Assembly: GCF_006345805.1 (NCBI RefSeq)
Contig: NC_043022.1
Coordinates: 23,684,001-23,748,000, forward strand
Length of the DNA stretch: 64,000 bases
Source of the DNA: Octopus sinensis
Lineage: Eukaryota
Direction of reading: 5' to 3'
Shown: positions 36,676 to 50,125 of the stretch, piece by piece
How the letters are laid out: every line of letters starts with the position of its first letter
Position numbering within the stretch: the first letter of the stretch is position 1
Program-made: the position numbers and the translations under genes
Notes under the pieces: generated by a model
Told to the model about the DNA's origin: nothing
Seen by the model: the letters and a program-made list of their open reading frames with translations, nothing else
Databases searched by the model: none

Positions 36676-37394
36676 TCATAACACTGCTGTTTCACTACTG
36701 CCCATAATATGTCCATCGCCCACAGTCAGTATGTGTAAAAAATTAAAAAAATAAAAACTTGGGAAAAAAATGTGTTTGTTTCTCGAGATGGTAAGAAGTA
36801 ATACAAAAGCCTAAGGTACACACCCTCTGGTGGGTTGTCATCGTAGTTGATGGTGGTGGTGGTGGTGGAATATATTTGAGGGGTGGATGGGTGAACATGT
36901 ATGAGGTGGGTGGGGTTATATAAGGCATCAGTGTCAGTTATACAGTTTAGGGAACAAACAGCTGCTGAATTCATTGACATCTAGAATTCTATCTCTCTCT
37001 CTATTTTTCTCTTCCTATTTACATCTGTCTGTCTCTATTGCTCTGTTTATATCTGCATTTCTTTCTCTCTCTCCCTCCTCTTTCCCTCTCTCTCTGCTTG
37101 TCTATCAGCTGTTCAGTTCCACTGTACCTCACCTGAAGATGGAATGGGAATGAAAGTTGAGCCATCCAGAGACATGTTGCCTTGATGTGGTCGTCAAGCT
37201 GCCAGAAATATCAGCAATATTCACTCTTAGATCATAGACTACTACTGTTGCATTGGATAATGTAATCCTAGATACTCAATATCTTTAACCAAAAATACCA
37301 TATGATAGCATGGCCATGATGAGAACATCTTTGATCGTAGGTTTGCTGCATCAGGGCTGGCCAGGGACTAAACAGCAACTATATACACAGTCAT

Positions 37395-37605
37395 CATCTT
37401 CATTTAGCATCTGCTTTTCATGCTGGCATCGGCTGGACAGTTTGAAGGGATCTGGTGAATCGGAGGGCTGCATCTTGATACATGTTGGCTATGGCATGGT
37501 TTCTATGGCTGGATGCTCTTCCTAACACCAACCATTTTACAGTGTGCACTGGGTGCTTTTTTAATATCACTGGCACTAGTGGGGCCACAAAGCAACTTGC
37601 AAGAC
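37395..37605 (-). mobile_element. 5'-truncated RTE-like 3' tail
   Basis: Reverse complement of the tail motif. Confidence 0.65.
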
Positions 37606-37719
37606 AGGAAAGGTATTAAATATGTGATGTACACTAGATACACTATATAGTCTATATACACAATTTATTATGTATAATTTTTACTATAAAAAATAAACTA
37701 AATATAATGTCTACTGGGA

Positions 37720-37890
37720 CAGGTATGGGTGTGTGGTTAAGAAGTTTGCCTCCCAGCCTCATGTTCTGAGTTCAGTTTCACAGTGAGGCACCTTGGACAA
37801 GTGACTTCTACTATAATCCCAGGCTACTTGAATTCTCCAAAGCCTTGTGAGTGGATTTAGGAAGCAGAAACTGAAAGAAGCTTGTTGTGT
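37720..37890 (+). mobile_element. SINE family A head
   Basis: GGGTGTGTGGTTAAG...CCTTGGACAAGTG...GCCTTGTGAGTGGATTT. Confidence 0.65.
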
Positions 37891-38079
37891 GTGTATACAC
37901 ACACACAAATGCATATATAAATATATATACATACATATATATATACATACAAATATATATACAACCCATGCTAGCATGAAAAGCGGACGTTAAACGATGA
38001 TGATGATGATGATGATGACATAACACCTACAATGAACTGGGGCTAAACAACAACAGTAAACAGTGAAACTTCTACAACT

Positions 38080-39070
38080 CTCCAGTATGGCTCTCACTAC
38101 CACCACAAGCATCACTTCTACCACTACAGTTGCCACCACTTCTACCTGTATTAACACCAACATTGGTTAGATTACATTGCTCTATAAGGAGCATCGGGCT
38201 AGTTTCCCAAATGTATTTATTCCTCTTTGGACAGGACACAGGTCGATTGCAGGATTACTCATTTTTGCCAGCTGAGTGGATGAAAGCAATGTGAAATGAA
38301 GTGTTTTGCTCAAGAACACAATGCATAGCCTGGTTCAGGAACTGAAACCACAATCTTACAATCATGAGTCCAGCACTCTAGCCACTAAGCCATGCGCCAC
38401 CACAGTACCAACACTGTGACATCTAAAACCCAATCACAAGCATTGCCACCACCACCCTCTTGACTATCTTTAACACTGTCACAGGCCCCATCATTGCTAT
38501 CATTAGCACCTACACAAAACATCTCTACAGCTGACCACTACTACCACCACAACCACAACCAATAGTACCTCAGCTATTGCCACTGCAACTGCTACCATCA
38601 CTACCACTTCGAACTACATCACCACTACCATTACCACATGTACTATCTCAGCTACAACCAACACATGCACTACTCCAGCCACCAGCATTATTATCAACAC
38701 CACCACTACCATAACAGCACTAACATTATTATTACCACCACCAAGACTATGAATTGTTCCATTACCATCACCACTAGCTTTGTCATTACCACCACCTCAC
38801 TGGCCACCATCAACACCACTATTACTCCCACCACTACAACCACCAACACTACTACAATAATCATCACCACTATCTCCATCACTATCTCTACTCCTGTCAC
38901 CATTATCTTTACCACTATTATCACCACCACCCTAGACACCACTATCCCCACTCCTATCACCACCACTACCAATACCGCTATCTTCACCACTATTATCACC
39001 ACCACCACCACCACCACCACCATAAACACCCCTGTCTCCACTGCTCTCACCACCACCACCATCACCACCT
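38080..39070. repeat. ACC/ACT/ATC low-complexity tract
   Basis: Cryptic trinucleotide repeats giving spurious Thr-rich and Val-rich ORFs. Confidence 0.85.
38205..38402 (-). mobile_element. SINE family B
   Basis: Head/core match; tail differs from the 49224 copy. Confidence 0.7.
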
Positions 39071-39631
39071 GGTAATTTGTGTTAAACTATATCCTAGTTC
39101 CAGCATCAAGTGACAATTAAAGATGTGTAAGAGCAGCAGACACACACACAGCAACACAAAGCGATATGCAGGGCAACAAGCCATCGGTAACAGATACACG
39201 GCCTTCACATAGCAGACACACGGCAGATACACGGCAATGCACAGCAAAGTCAGGAAGCATTTTCTCCTGGAATGGCTGAGACAGAAATAGGATGTGTAAG
39301 GAATTTAGGTGAAGGATTCTGCTGAAGAGAATTCTTCAGATAAATATTTTAGGCTGGCCGTGGGTGGGTTGGTTGTTTGGTTGGTTGGTAGAGTGTTAGG
39401 TTGGGTTGTGTGGTAGTGTTGGGGGAGACTTGTTGTTGTTGTTAAACTACTTTTGTTGTGAGATAGGAAGAATTTTTGACTGTTTGCTTTGGACAGTATA
39501 CATCAGCATTGAGAGTGAGAGAAAATTCTTCAGCACTCCAGCCAACAGTTGACCGTCACTGACAGTATGTGGGCTCCTGAAACATATATGCATACATACT
39601 TACATATGTACACATGTATGTATGTGTGTGA

Positions 39632-39698
<67 letters not shown>

Positions 39699-40129
39699 CA
39701 TATATGTATGTATACACATACAAATACACACATATTTTATCTATCTATTTATCTATCTATCTATCTACTTATCTATCTATCTATCTAGCTATTTATTTAT
39801 CTCACTATATCAACCAGATCAAAGTTCTCAAGGATTTTTTACACATGGACTCCTTCTAATTCCCATTTTACTTAAATGGACCCCAATAGCCATTCAATGT
39901 TTTTAAAAATCCTATTATATTTTTATAATTAAATATTATCAAGAATTGTATAAAAAAACTGATAAAATAATTTGTAACAGTACAACTAATTTATTGCACA
40001 TAAATTTTAGCAACAAAATCTTGTGTGGACCCCCGAGGGTCATATGAACCCTGGTTGAGAACCACTAAACTAGACCACTGGCTGTTGTTAAACACCACTG
40101 GTCATTGTTGTAGCTTTCAAATGACGAAA

Positions 40130-40330
40130 CCCTGCTGATAAGGTGGGCAGTCCAACATTTTTCCCTGAACAGAATGCTAGTCCTAACAGGGTACCACTTT
40201 ACAGTTGAGTGAACTGGAACAACTTGTAATGAAGTATTCTGCTCAAAAACACAATGCACTGCGAATCTGGGAATCGAAACCACAGCCTTGCTGTCATGAG
40301 TGCAATAGCCTAATCACTAGTCCACAAGCC
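40130..40330 (-). mobile_element. SINE family B
   Basis: Head/core match. Confidence 0.6.
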
Positions 40331-40440
40331 TTCATGTCTATCTATTATTTATCTGTTTGTCCATCTGTCTGCCTTTGTATATTTACATATATATATAGAG
40401 AGAGAGATTTTTAATAATAATAATAATAATAATAATAATT

Positions 40441-41435
40441 GTGTACAGTGCTCAGGTGCACTACAACTCATCTAAAGTGTATATATAATCAGGTGTAGTT
40501 TCGACGGATTTCGGGAAGCATGAGGGCCTTAAAGGATGCAGTGTCATGGCAGTCAACAACTGATGCAGGCAGTTTATTCCACGCTTCAGCAACCCTGAGC
40601 GTGAAAAAATGTTTCCGAAAGTCATGGGAGCTGTGCTGTTTTCTGACTTTGTAGGCATGTCCACGTGTGTTAGACACATGGAGATCAAAAAGGTGTTCAG
40701 TGTTGTTGTTGGTGAGGTGGTTGATAACCTTGTGGGTGTTTACCAAGTCCGTCGCCAGACGCCGGAGCTTCAGTGAATCCATGCCCAGGGAAACAAGGCG
40801 CTCAGAATATGGTAGGTGTCTGATGGAGGGTATGCGTTTGGTTGCACGTCTCTGGACAGATTCCAGGAGATCAATGTTCTGAGCAAGATAGGGATTCCAA
40901 ACTGATGATGCAAATTCCAAGTGTGGTCATACCATAGCTGTATACAGTTTTAAATAGATGGCTGGAGAGCGGCTAACAAAAGTCTTGCTGAGTGATGCCA
41001 AGACACCCTCGGCCTTCTTGACAATTTTAGAGATATGCTTTGTCCAACGCAAATCACTGCTGACAGTGATGCCTAGGTCATGCTCGCAAGAGGATTTCTT
41101 GATATCAGTGTTGTGGAGGGAGTATGTGGACGCAGGGTTTTTTCTCCCAAAATGCATGGTGGTACACTTGTCCACAGCCAGTTTCAGTTGCCAGTCTGTG
41201 ATCCATTGCTGCATTGTGTCTAGGTCTGATTGCAGGAAAGAGTTGTAGACATCAGGATCAGTCCTCTTGATTTCAAGGTACAGCTTGATGTCGTCTGCAT
41301 ATTTCAATACTGTGGCATTCTTTAAATTGGCATCTATGTCATTAATGTATGCCACAAACAGGAGGGGACCAAGGACAGATCCCTGTGGTACACCCGATGA
41401 CATCTCATATGGTGTAGAGTGCTGTCCTAGAAAAC
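40441..41435 (-). mobile_element. 5'-truncated CR1-clade LINE (RT C-terminal half + 3' end)
   Basis: ORFs 41403..40927 and 40920..40489 are in one frame separated by a single TGA: GVPQGSVLGPLLF, YADD, DLGITV, V*PHLEFASSVWNP, RRATK, TRGH, FFTLRV..WNKL; (TTA)n tail at 40413-40439. Confidence 0.92.
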
Positions 41436-41712
41436 TGAGGCTGAGAGTTTGTCTTGTGACTTGAGTTTCATGCTACTGCAAGCTTCAGGTGAAACTGTAA
41501 TGACTTGGTATTGGTGTGTGTGTGTATGATATATACACATATCAGTTGATGTATGCATGAATTTCCTACATGTTCATTCCCATGCATATGATGGGCTGAT
41601 CTTTTCTTCAATTCACCGAAATCTTCACACAATTATTTATCAAAAATTCCGTCAGTGTGTTTAAAATCTAAAAACAACTTCTAATCAGCATCACTATTTC
41701 CCTATCTATCTA

Positions 41713-41745
<33 letters not shown>

Positions 41746-42564
41746 GTATAAAGAGAGAGAGAGAGAGATCGCACAAGAAGAGGTTTAATAAGACTGAAAC
41801 ATATCCATTATTTTCACCATTATGTTTTCAAGACCAAAGCCCAAAATACATTCCCATAATGCATTTTCTTCATTTTTTACCAAAATATTTCATTGAAAGG
41901 GTTTCATTGGAATTATCTCCTTTGCACGTTTTTATATTTGTTAATACTCCAAGAAGAAGCAAACTAATTACATTGATACACTAAGCTAATCAAAGTCTTT
42001 CAGCTCACTTTATAACATACTTGGGCTCCTACTATTTTTGTACATAGTTTCCTATGATGTCATTTTTTAACCTTTCTACCTTATTAATGTTTGCATGTGT
42101 GAAAGTTTTTATATTTGTATATGTATATGAATGTCTTTCAGAGAACATTAACTTTGGATCCAGGGATGTATGATTTATCCATGATTTATTTCAATTTTAT
42201 ATAGTCTTTCATTTCATAATTCTGTGCAACGTTACCCAATATCTTCCTGCCTTCCAGAACTTTCTTTGAAACTTTCTGGCATAACTCATCATTTTCTTCT
42301 GACAAGTTTTTAATTAACATTTTTTCGTACATCACCCTTCCTTCCCAGACCTCTAAACCCAAAGCTAATTCTCCAGACACAAATCTTTATTTTCTTCCAG
42401 CTCCCAGCTCTTCTCTTTATTCTATGACACTGTTGTTGTTGTTGTTGTTACTGCTTTTGTTACTAGAAGTATTGCCTACAGTTTTTTCTGGAATAACTTT
42501 TTTGTAATGCATGTTTCTTTTCGGGGTTTTTTTTATTTTTTTTTAATGAAATGCTGACATGAAC

Positions 42565-43020
42565 AGTGAGCTGGAAGAATCATTTGCACACAAGACAAAA
42601 TGCTTGGCAGCATTGTTTCTGCCGCTTTACCGTCAGAGTTCAAATACTGCTGAAGTCACCTTTTGCCTTTCATCCTTTCGGGATCATTAAGATAAAGTGC
42701 AAATCAAGTACAGGGATCTATGAAATTACCTTGACCTTTTCCTTCAAAACTGCTGACCTTGTACCAAAATTAGAAAAAGTAATAATACACCATCCTTTTA
42801 TCAGTGTATAATAATTCTTTCTAATTTTGGCACAAAGCCAACAATGTTAGAGGATGAGAGTTAGTCATTATATTGAATAAAGTTATTTCACTCACACTTC
42901 ATTTTATAGATCTCAAAAGGACGAAAAGCAAAGTCAATGTCTGTGGTATTTGAACTCAGAAGGTAAAAAACCCAAAAGTGTCACTAAGCATTTTGTCCCA
43001 CATGCTAATGGTTCTGCCAA
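42565..43020. mobile_element. Inverted pair of SINE family D (42565-42775 +; 42818-43020 -)
   Basis: Both carry the TTTGCCTTTCATCCTTT core in opposite orientations, about 40 bp apart. Confidence 0.7.
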
Positions 43021-43624
43021 AAATGATAAAAATAAATTTTCCTGTTTTTAACAATAATATGTTGTTTTTTTTTTTTGGAACATTGGATCTTGAAGCAGAT
43101 GTGCTATGTATATATTAGGTTAAAATGTCCTTGGGATAGGAAAAAGTTCAAAGCTGTCTGTGGGACACTAACCCATATTTTCTTCAGTGCTTTTTATCCA
43201 AAGGGATTTTCAACCCAATATTTTCATGCTATTATTTATAGCTTTATCTGCCTCAAGATCCAATTTGCCAAAAACAACTTATTTCATGTTCTCTTGAAGC
43301 TTATCAAATTCTTGTTTTATGAAAAAAAAAAAATTTTTTTTTTGCACCTGTTTTTAAAACTTTGAAGAAATTAAATTATGGGATTTTGGAAAATCCCATT
43401 AATACCAAATTGTTATCCATTTGCAACTAAACTAGAAAACCTACAAACAAAATATCAAAAAGCATTCTGTTTGTATGTTTTAAAATGTTTATATTTTTGT
43501 ATTGGAAATTATATTTTATACTGCTTTTCACATACACCCCACATTTGATCTGAAATTTGTTTGATTTTATTCTGTAATTTATAATTTTGTATGCGTGTGA
43601 ATACATGTGTGTGTGACATGATTT

Positions 43625-43870
43625 TTAATAGTTCTGGGTAGAGTTTTCTTTCCAAGGTCTTTGGGCATCTTTCAGAACAAATATCTTTAAAACTTCATTT
43701 CCCTTTTACAATCCTTAGAAAGGACAACTTCTAGTCTTAAGTCTTTTTAGAATGTCTTTCAATTTTCTGGGCTCTGTTTATTTGTAATTTAGGGTGTTCA
43801 AAATCTAATGTTTCACACTAAATTTTGCATTTCTTTTTCTGTGATGGTAACTTCTTCAGCTCCACATTCT
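43625..43870 (-). mobile_element. Possible ancient LINE ORF1-like relic
   Basis: Minus strand with stops reads LQINRAQKIERH...FKDICSERCPKTLERKLYPELLK, loosely like L1/CR1 ORF1 (IERAHR...EDxP...RRKLYP). Confidence 0.3.
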
Positions 43871-44700
43871 TTTTTTTTTTTAAATAGTAAGGATGGATTT
43901 TGTGAGTTTTGGTTAGTAAATACATATTCATTTCATCCTTTCTATTAGTATAAATTTTTTAACTAGTGGCTATGCTGGGGCATCCTCAAAACATTTATTT
44001 TAATTTTGGAAATTAAAAGGGTTTGGTAAATAATAGCCATATTGTTGAAAGAAAATGGTAACAATTAGTGTGTGCATATATATGTGTGTGTGTAAGAGAG
44101 AGAGAGAAATGTTTAACAGGATCTCTTTGAAAATTCATCATTAAATAACTTTCATGGGTGTTGATGTTTAAATTTTAATGTTATTAATGCCAAAAGTGTA
44201 AGAGGAATTATATTTAGTTTTTATTGTGCCTATTTAATAACATTGATTAATTAATGATTTTCTCAATTAACAAATTTTTTAATGATGTAATAATACTTAA
44301 CAATTTGATAATTTTAATTACATGTATGTAATTTTGTAATTTAGTAATTATTAACAATGTAATAAATTCATTAACCATCTGAGACATTTCAATTTTTAGC
44401 ATTGTAATAATTATCTAAAATTTAGGAATTTTTACAATTTAATATTTTAGAAATTAATATATTTTTGCCATGATACCATAACTTTGAGAAGTTTAATAAC
44501 TTTTAACAACTCAGTTACCTTTAAAGATAACAGTTCAATTACGAAATTGTCATAAAATGTTTGATAAATAGATTAAAATTTAACGATATTCTCCCCTCTT
44601 CATCAAACCCATTTTCACCTGTAAATATTTTATGTTTTATTTTTTTATGCAAACTAAACTTTTCTGATTGTCTAATTCCTTGAGATATTCCTTTTTTCAG

Positions 44701-44766
44701 ATGGCACCAAAACTACAGTCATTAAAAAGACACAGACAGTAACAAAGACTGTCGCTGGCCCAGGAG
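44701..44766 (+). CDS. SMTN-like: 66-nt exon (D)GTKTTVIKKTQTVTKTVAGPG
   Basis: CTTTTTTCAG acceptor, GAG|GTAAGA donor, phase 1-1; Thr/Val/Lys-rich like the neighbouring exons. Confidence 0.8.
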
Positions 44767-46329
44767 GTAAGATAATTTACAATTCTTTTCTCTCTTCTTT
44801 GTTTATATTTGATTATGTATATATATCCAGACATGTTTTTTTTCTCTCCATTGTTTTTTTCCTCTCTACATTTGTTTCTCTCATTCCTTGAGGTAGAAGA
44901 GAGTAGGCTTGAAGCATTAAAAACTCTTTCATTTTTCCTGAACTCATACACCTTGTTTGTTGCTTCCTCACTTATCTCTGTATTTTGTTTACTCTACAAT
45001 TTTAAAACATATATAGAAGGGGTTAAAATTCAAGCTGTGTCCATATGAAGCACATCTACGTGTTCCAGGAATCAAATATATGTATATAGATGTTTTTCTT
45101 TTATCTTAAATGAGACATAACATACTAGGTGAAAGTTCTGATGAATTGCAAAATATTAAAAATATACCAAACATTGAGTCTTTGTTTTATTCTGTGTGTA
45201 TGTGAGAGTGTGTCTGGACCATTTAATTTAATAGTAGAGCACTCAGCCAGTATTTGAGGGGCACAGGGTTCGATTACCATAGTCACCTGCAGCCAACTTT
45301 TTTCCATTTAATAAGAGTAAATATCCAATTTTTCTCTGCTGTTTTCACAGCTATACTGTGTTCTAAATTTACTTTCTTGTCTGTAATATGTGTGTGTGTG
45401 TGTGTAACTATATATATATATCTATATATAAAATAAGTGGGGTGGACAGTCAAAGTTCAGTGCAACATGTTTCAGAAACAAATATCCATCAAATTATTTG
45501 TGCATTTCGGCATAATATAATCTATCTCCATATCAGGTACATAACTACCAGTCAACAAAATCAATTGTGCTTACATCTCCAACATGATGAGAGAGGAAAA
45601 AAAAAACATACAATTTAGTTTCAAAATGAACGAGTGGCTGAAAAGTAAATAAACTGCCAATAAAACATCTTGGCTGAAATATCCTAGATCAAACAAAAAG
45701 AAGGGTGGCCACCTTATTTCTTTATAGCTGATCAGCATAATTTAACTCTTTAGCATTTAAATTGGCCCTATCTGGCCCAAATATGCAACCTATTTTATGT
45801 TCAAGTCAGTCAGATCCAGCCTATCACATCCACCCTTCAATGTCATTCTAAAAATATGCAATCAAATCTTCAAAATTTTGGAGCTGCAGGCAAATGCATG
45901 ATTAAAAACACTGTGAATGAAAAAGCATTATAATTGGTAGAATGATCTGAATGCTAAAGGATTATATATATACATATACACACTCATGCTCATAGCTGTA
46001 AGTCAGTATTGAAGTTGTTGCACTTGTCATCGTGTCAGAATTATTCCTATATTTTGTAATGGGACAAAATTGATTAATAAATTTTATTTACTGATTATTT
46101 TTCCTTTGAGTGTTCTATTCTAGCTAATTGTATGCTGGTTGCTATCAAGATACTACACATTTTTTCTCTCCATTTTGTTTTCCTCTCAGTCCTTCCTGTT
46201 AAAGAGCGTAGGCTCAGAATGTCAAAGACTTTTTCATTTTTCTCAAGCATCAAACTAATGCACCTGCTTATTGTACCCTCACCTGTCTTCATCTTTTGTT
46301 TTCTCTAAATTCAAACTATATACATACAT

Positions 46330-46383
<54 letters not shown>

Positions 46384-46541
46384 TATTCAAAATTGAACAA
46401 AAGGATGATGATGCAACAAACAGAAAATTCACACACTAGACATTGACATGCTCTCTCCTTATCAGTTATAATCCAAAGATCATTATAAGTTCACGCTTTT
46501 AATGATAATATTGTTCGTATACATACACACACATGTGTATA

Positions 46542-46576
<35 letters not shown>

Positions 46577-46743
46577 GTATATATATATGTATGTATGTAT
46601 ATATATATATATTATATATATATATATTTATATATATATATATATATATATCTTTTATTTAATTGACTTTCTCTTCCTTCTTCTCTCTCACTTTTCCTCT
46701 GCCGTCACACCAACACTACTGATCTCTTTTCTCTCTTCTTTCC

Positions 46744-46791
<48 letters not shown>

Positions 46792-47124
46792 CTCTCTCTC
46801 GCTCACACACATTTTCTCTTTCTTTTCCCTCTCTATAGATATTCTACTCCTTACCAAATCCTCTCATCATCTAGCAGGAAACTTAAACTACCCTGACCAA
46901 AATATAAAGAGCAAATTCCATCAATTTGTTCATATTTTGATATCTCTTAAGTGAGGAAGATTTTGTATAACAGATGAAATTCCATGTTTATCTATTGCGC
47001 AATTATCTGATACATAAATATTAAATGCATCCAAAATGTCATTACTTGGTTTTTAGACATTATATATATACACACACACACAAATACATGCATATATATA
47101 AATACATACACACACACACACATG

Positions 47125-47182
<58 letters not shown>

Positions 47183-47189
47183 TAGATAT

Positions 47190-47566
47190 AGGAGTGGCTG
47201 TGTGGTAGCTTGCTTACCAACCACATGGTACCGGGTTCAGTCCCACTGCATGGCACCTTGGGCAAGTGTCTTCTACTATAGCCTCGGGCCAACCAAAACC
47301 TTGTGAGTGGATTTGGTAGACGAAAACTGAAAGAAGCCCGTCGTATATATACATATATATGTTTATGTTTGTCTTCCCAACATCGCTTGACAACCAATGC
47401 TGGTGTGTTTACGTCCCAGTAACTTAGTGGTTTGGCAAAAGAGACCAATAGAATAAGTACTAGGCTTACAAAGAATAAGTCCGGGGGTTGATTTGCTTGA
47501 CTAAAAGGCGGTGCTCCAGCATGGCTACAGTCAAATGACTGAAACAAGTAAAAGAGTAAAAGAGTA
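47190..47566 (+). mobile_element. Full-length tRNA-derived SINE, family A (reference copy)
   Basis: Head GGAGTGGCTGTGTGG...GGGTTCAGTCCC (Pol III A/B-box-like), CCTTGGGCAAGTGTC core, central (TA)n tract, 3' tail ending (TAAAAGAG)2. Confidence 0.85.
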
Positions 47567-48989
47567 TACACACATATGTATGTATTTATATGAGAGAGTC
47601 ACATACAATATGTTTAATAAGCATATCTTAGCCATGACGGCTGTGAAAATATATGCTATTGATAATATGTAGGAGTTTCAACAGCTTGGAATGGTAATCA
47701 AAGCAATTAGTTTTGGTCTTTCATTATAAAGTCATTAGATATCACTTACCTTTGATTTTACTGAAGAAACAGAATATCTCATGGGAAAATGTAATCAACT
47801 CTATGATGAAGCGTAACAAAATTTACATCATGGTAGAAGTATATTTATGTGTTGATATGTGTGTGTGTGTGTACATATACATATATACAAACACACACAT
47901 ATATATATGTATATATACACATATATACATACATACTTACATATAGATGTTACTAAAATGACTAAGGGTATTAGTTAGCACCAGCATTACTAGAAGTAAG
48001 AGACAAAAACTAGCGACCCTCCTTCAAAATTTCAGTCCTGTGTATAGTTGATAAATTAAGTACCAGTCATGTACTGGGGTCAATGAGATTGACTTATCCC
48101 ACCCCACAAATTTCAGGCCTTGTGCCTATAGTAGAAAGGATAATTATTATCATTATCAATCAGCAGAAGTTATGCACCGGCACTTATCTCCAGATGAATA
48201 CTGCAATAAATATACATTTTTAGAATGTATTTGCATTTAGTATGATACGCAGCCATTTCAATTCATTCCTGCTTCTGTTGCAAATAATGGATTTATACAC
48301 ACACACACAGTTCCCATCGAGCAAATTCTCTCTGTTTGTAAGCAGGTATGATGTGATTTGATTTGAGGGAGATTTCACTGCTATTTCTTATATAGAGGTT
48401 TTTTCTCATTAGGCTCATAATGGCTCACACAACCACAAAATAATAGTCTGGAAAGAGGTCAAGAACATTGCCCCAGCCCACGCCTTCAAAACCTCTGATT
48501 TAAGGTGATTCCTGAAAATTCAAAGTGCAAGTGGGTATATGTCAAGTCATATGAGACTTCGCAGACACATTCAGTTACTATATATGGTCACCCCTACTTT
48601 GTTGTTTATCTGAATATTTGTCTATATCAGGGATCTAATTACAGGTGTCTTGTTACACGCTGACTGAAACTTACTATTAAAATAAAAGATTATGTAATAT
48701 ATATGTGTGCATTTGTATATATATATATATGTATGGATAGATATATGTACATATATATATATATACATGTATGTATGTAAATTGTATATAAATATATGTA
48801 ATGTATGTGTGCGGTGTGTGTGAGATTATGTATGTGTATATGTATATATATGCATTTATGTATACAGATAATGCATGTGTATATGTATATAAATGTATAA
48901 TATATATGTATATAATAATGCATGTGATGTATTATAAACATACTTATACATACATATACATTTACAAGTCTGTGTGCATGTTCATATGG

Positions 48990-49024
<35 letters not shown>

Positions 49025-49223
49025 AACATATTTGTGCTTGATGCAAGATATTTAATACTAAAGATTCAGTGTCAAAATCAGTGGGGTGAGGGAGGAGGCT
49101 GTAGCATCATACTTGAGATTAAAAAAAAGATAAGAGATTACATTTAGGTACACAAATGAAGGTTGTGTTATATTCACATAAATACGGTATATAATATATA
49201 AATATGTACAGTATATATTTAAA

Positions 49224-49539
49224 GACTCCGCCGGTTACGACGACGAGGGTCCCAGCTGATACGATCAACGGAACAGCTTGCTCGTGAAATTAACGTGCAA
49301 ATGGCTGAGCATTCCACAGACACGTGTACCCTTAACGTAGTCCTCGGGGATAATCAGCGTGACACAGAGAGTGATAAGGCTGACCCTTTGAAATACAAGT
49401 ACAACTCATTTTTGCCAGTTGAGTGGACTGGAGCAACGTGAAATAAAGTGTCTTGCTCAAGGACACAACGCGTCGCCGGGAATTGAACTCACAACCTTAC
49501 GATCATGAGCCGAATGCCCTAACCACTAAGCCACGCGCC
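49224..49539 (-). mobile_element. tRNA-derived SINE family B, young CpG-rich copy
   Basis: Minus 5' end GGCGCGTGGCTTAGTGGTTAGGG (A box) ... GAGTTCAATTCCC (B box), core GTGTCCTTGAGCAAGACACTTTATTTCACGTTGCTCCAGTCCACTCA. Confidence 0.85.
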
Positions 49540-49767
49540 CTCACATACAGTATATATGTTACATTACTAAAACCTGATAATATATGTTATACATTTCATG
49601 AATCTGTCAGCAGACATGGGCATATGTCAACAGTAGAGAATGTTGTTGTTCTTGTTGCTGCTGCTGCTGTTGTTGTTGTTGTTGTCTATCCCTAGGCTTG
49701 CTCTTAATGACTGATCAAGCAGACGTATGATCTAAGACATTTCAGCCCTTGACCATCTGTTTTTAGA

Positions 49768-50125
49768 AGCTCCCAGTTCATATTGTTCCAGCAACATTTT
49801 GCCCTGACATAGCAATCTTCTCAAATTCCACAAAGCAGGTATTTATGTGGGAAATGACAGTGCTCTTGGAGTGCTCTGGGAGAAAGCTCATGAGAGGAAG
49901 CTTGCCAAAATACCAGGAGCTGATAGAGCTGTACAGAAATTGTCTCTGGCAAGTATGTTACAAGGCACTAGAAGTGAGCTGCTGAGGTTTTGTGGAGGTG
50001 TTCCTTCTAGAAAGCTCTGACTGGGCTTGAAGTTACTGGTACAGTGAAGAGGAAGGCTATAAATTCCATCTCTGAAGTTGCAGAGAAGGTCACTAACTGA
50101 CTTTGGATAAACTGCATGAGGGAGT
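49768..50125 (+). mobile_element. Degenerate restriction-like endonuclease C-terminus of a HERO-like non-LTR retrotransposon
   Basis: FCPDIAIFSNSTKQVFMWEMTVLLE (PD..E motif), then across frameshifts AHERKLAK / YQELIE...LEVSC*GF and TGTVKRKAINSISEVAEKVTN*LWIN. Confidence 0.65.

Noticed and set aside
38638-39075. 145-aa Thr-rich, mucin-like ORF ending near a donor-like CTG|GTAATT
   Set aside because: Cryptic ACC repeat. The donor is phase 2 in the Thr frame, and the phase-1 frame has TAA at 39023, so it cannot join the gene.
41440-42560. Three TGCATG (Rbfox) motifs (41554, 42092, 42508) and several short AG..GT candidates
   Set aside because: Candidate microexons (19, 25, 26 nt) are not frame-preserving, and TGCATG is frequent in this genome's simple repeats.
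49490-49539. tRNA-like sequence with A/B boxes
   Set aside because: It is the head of a SINE continuing into core and tail; no complete cloverleaf.
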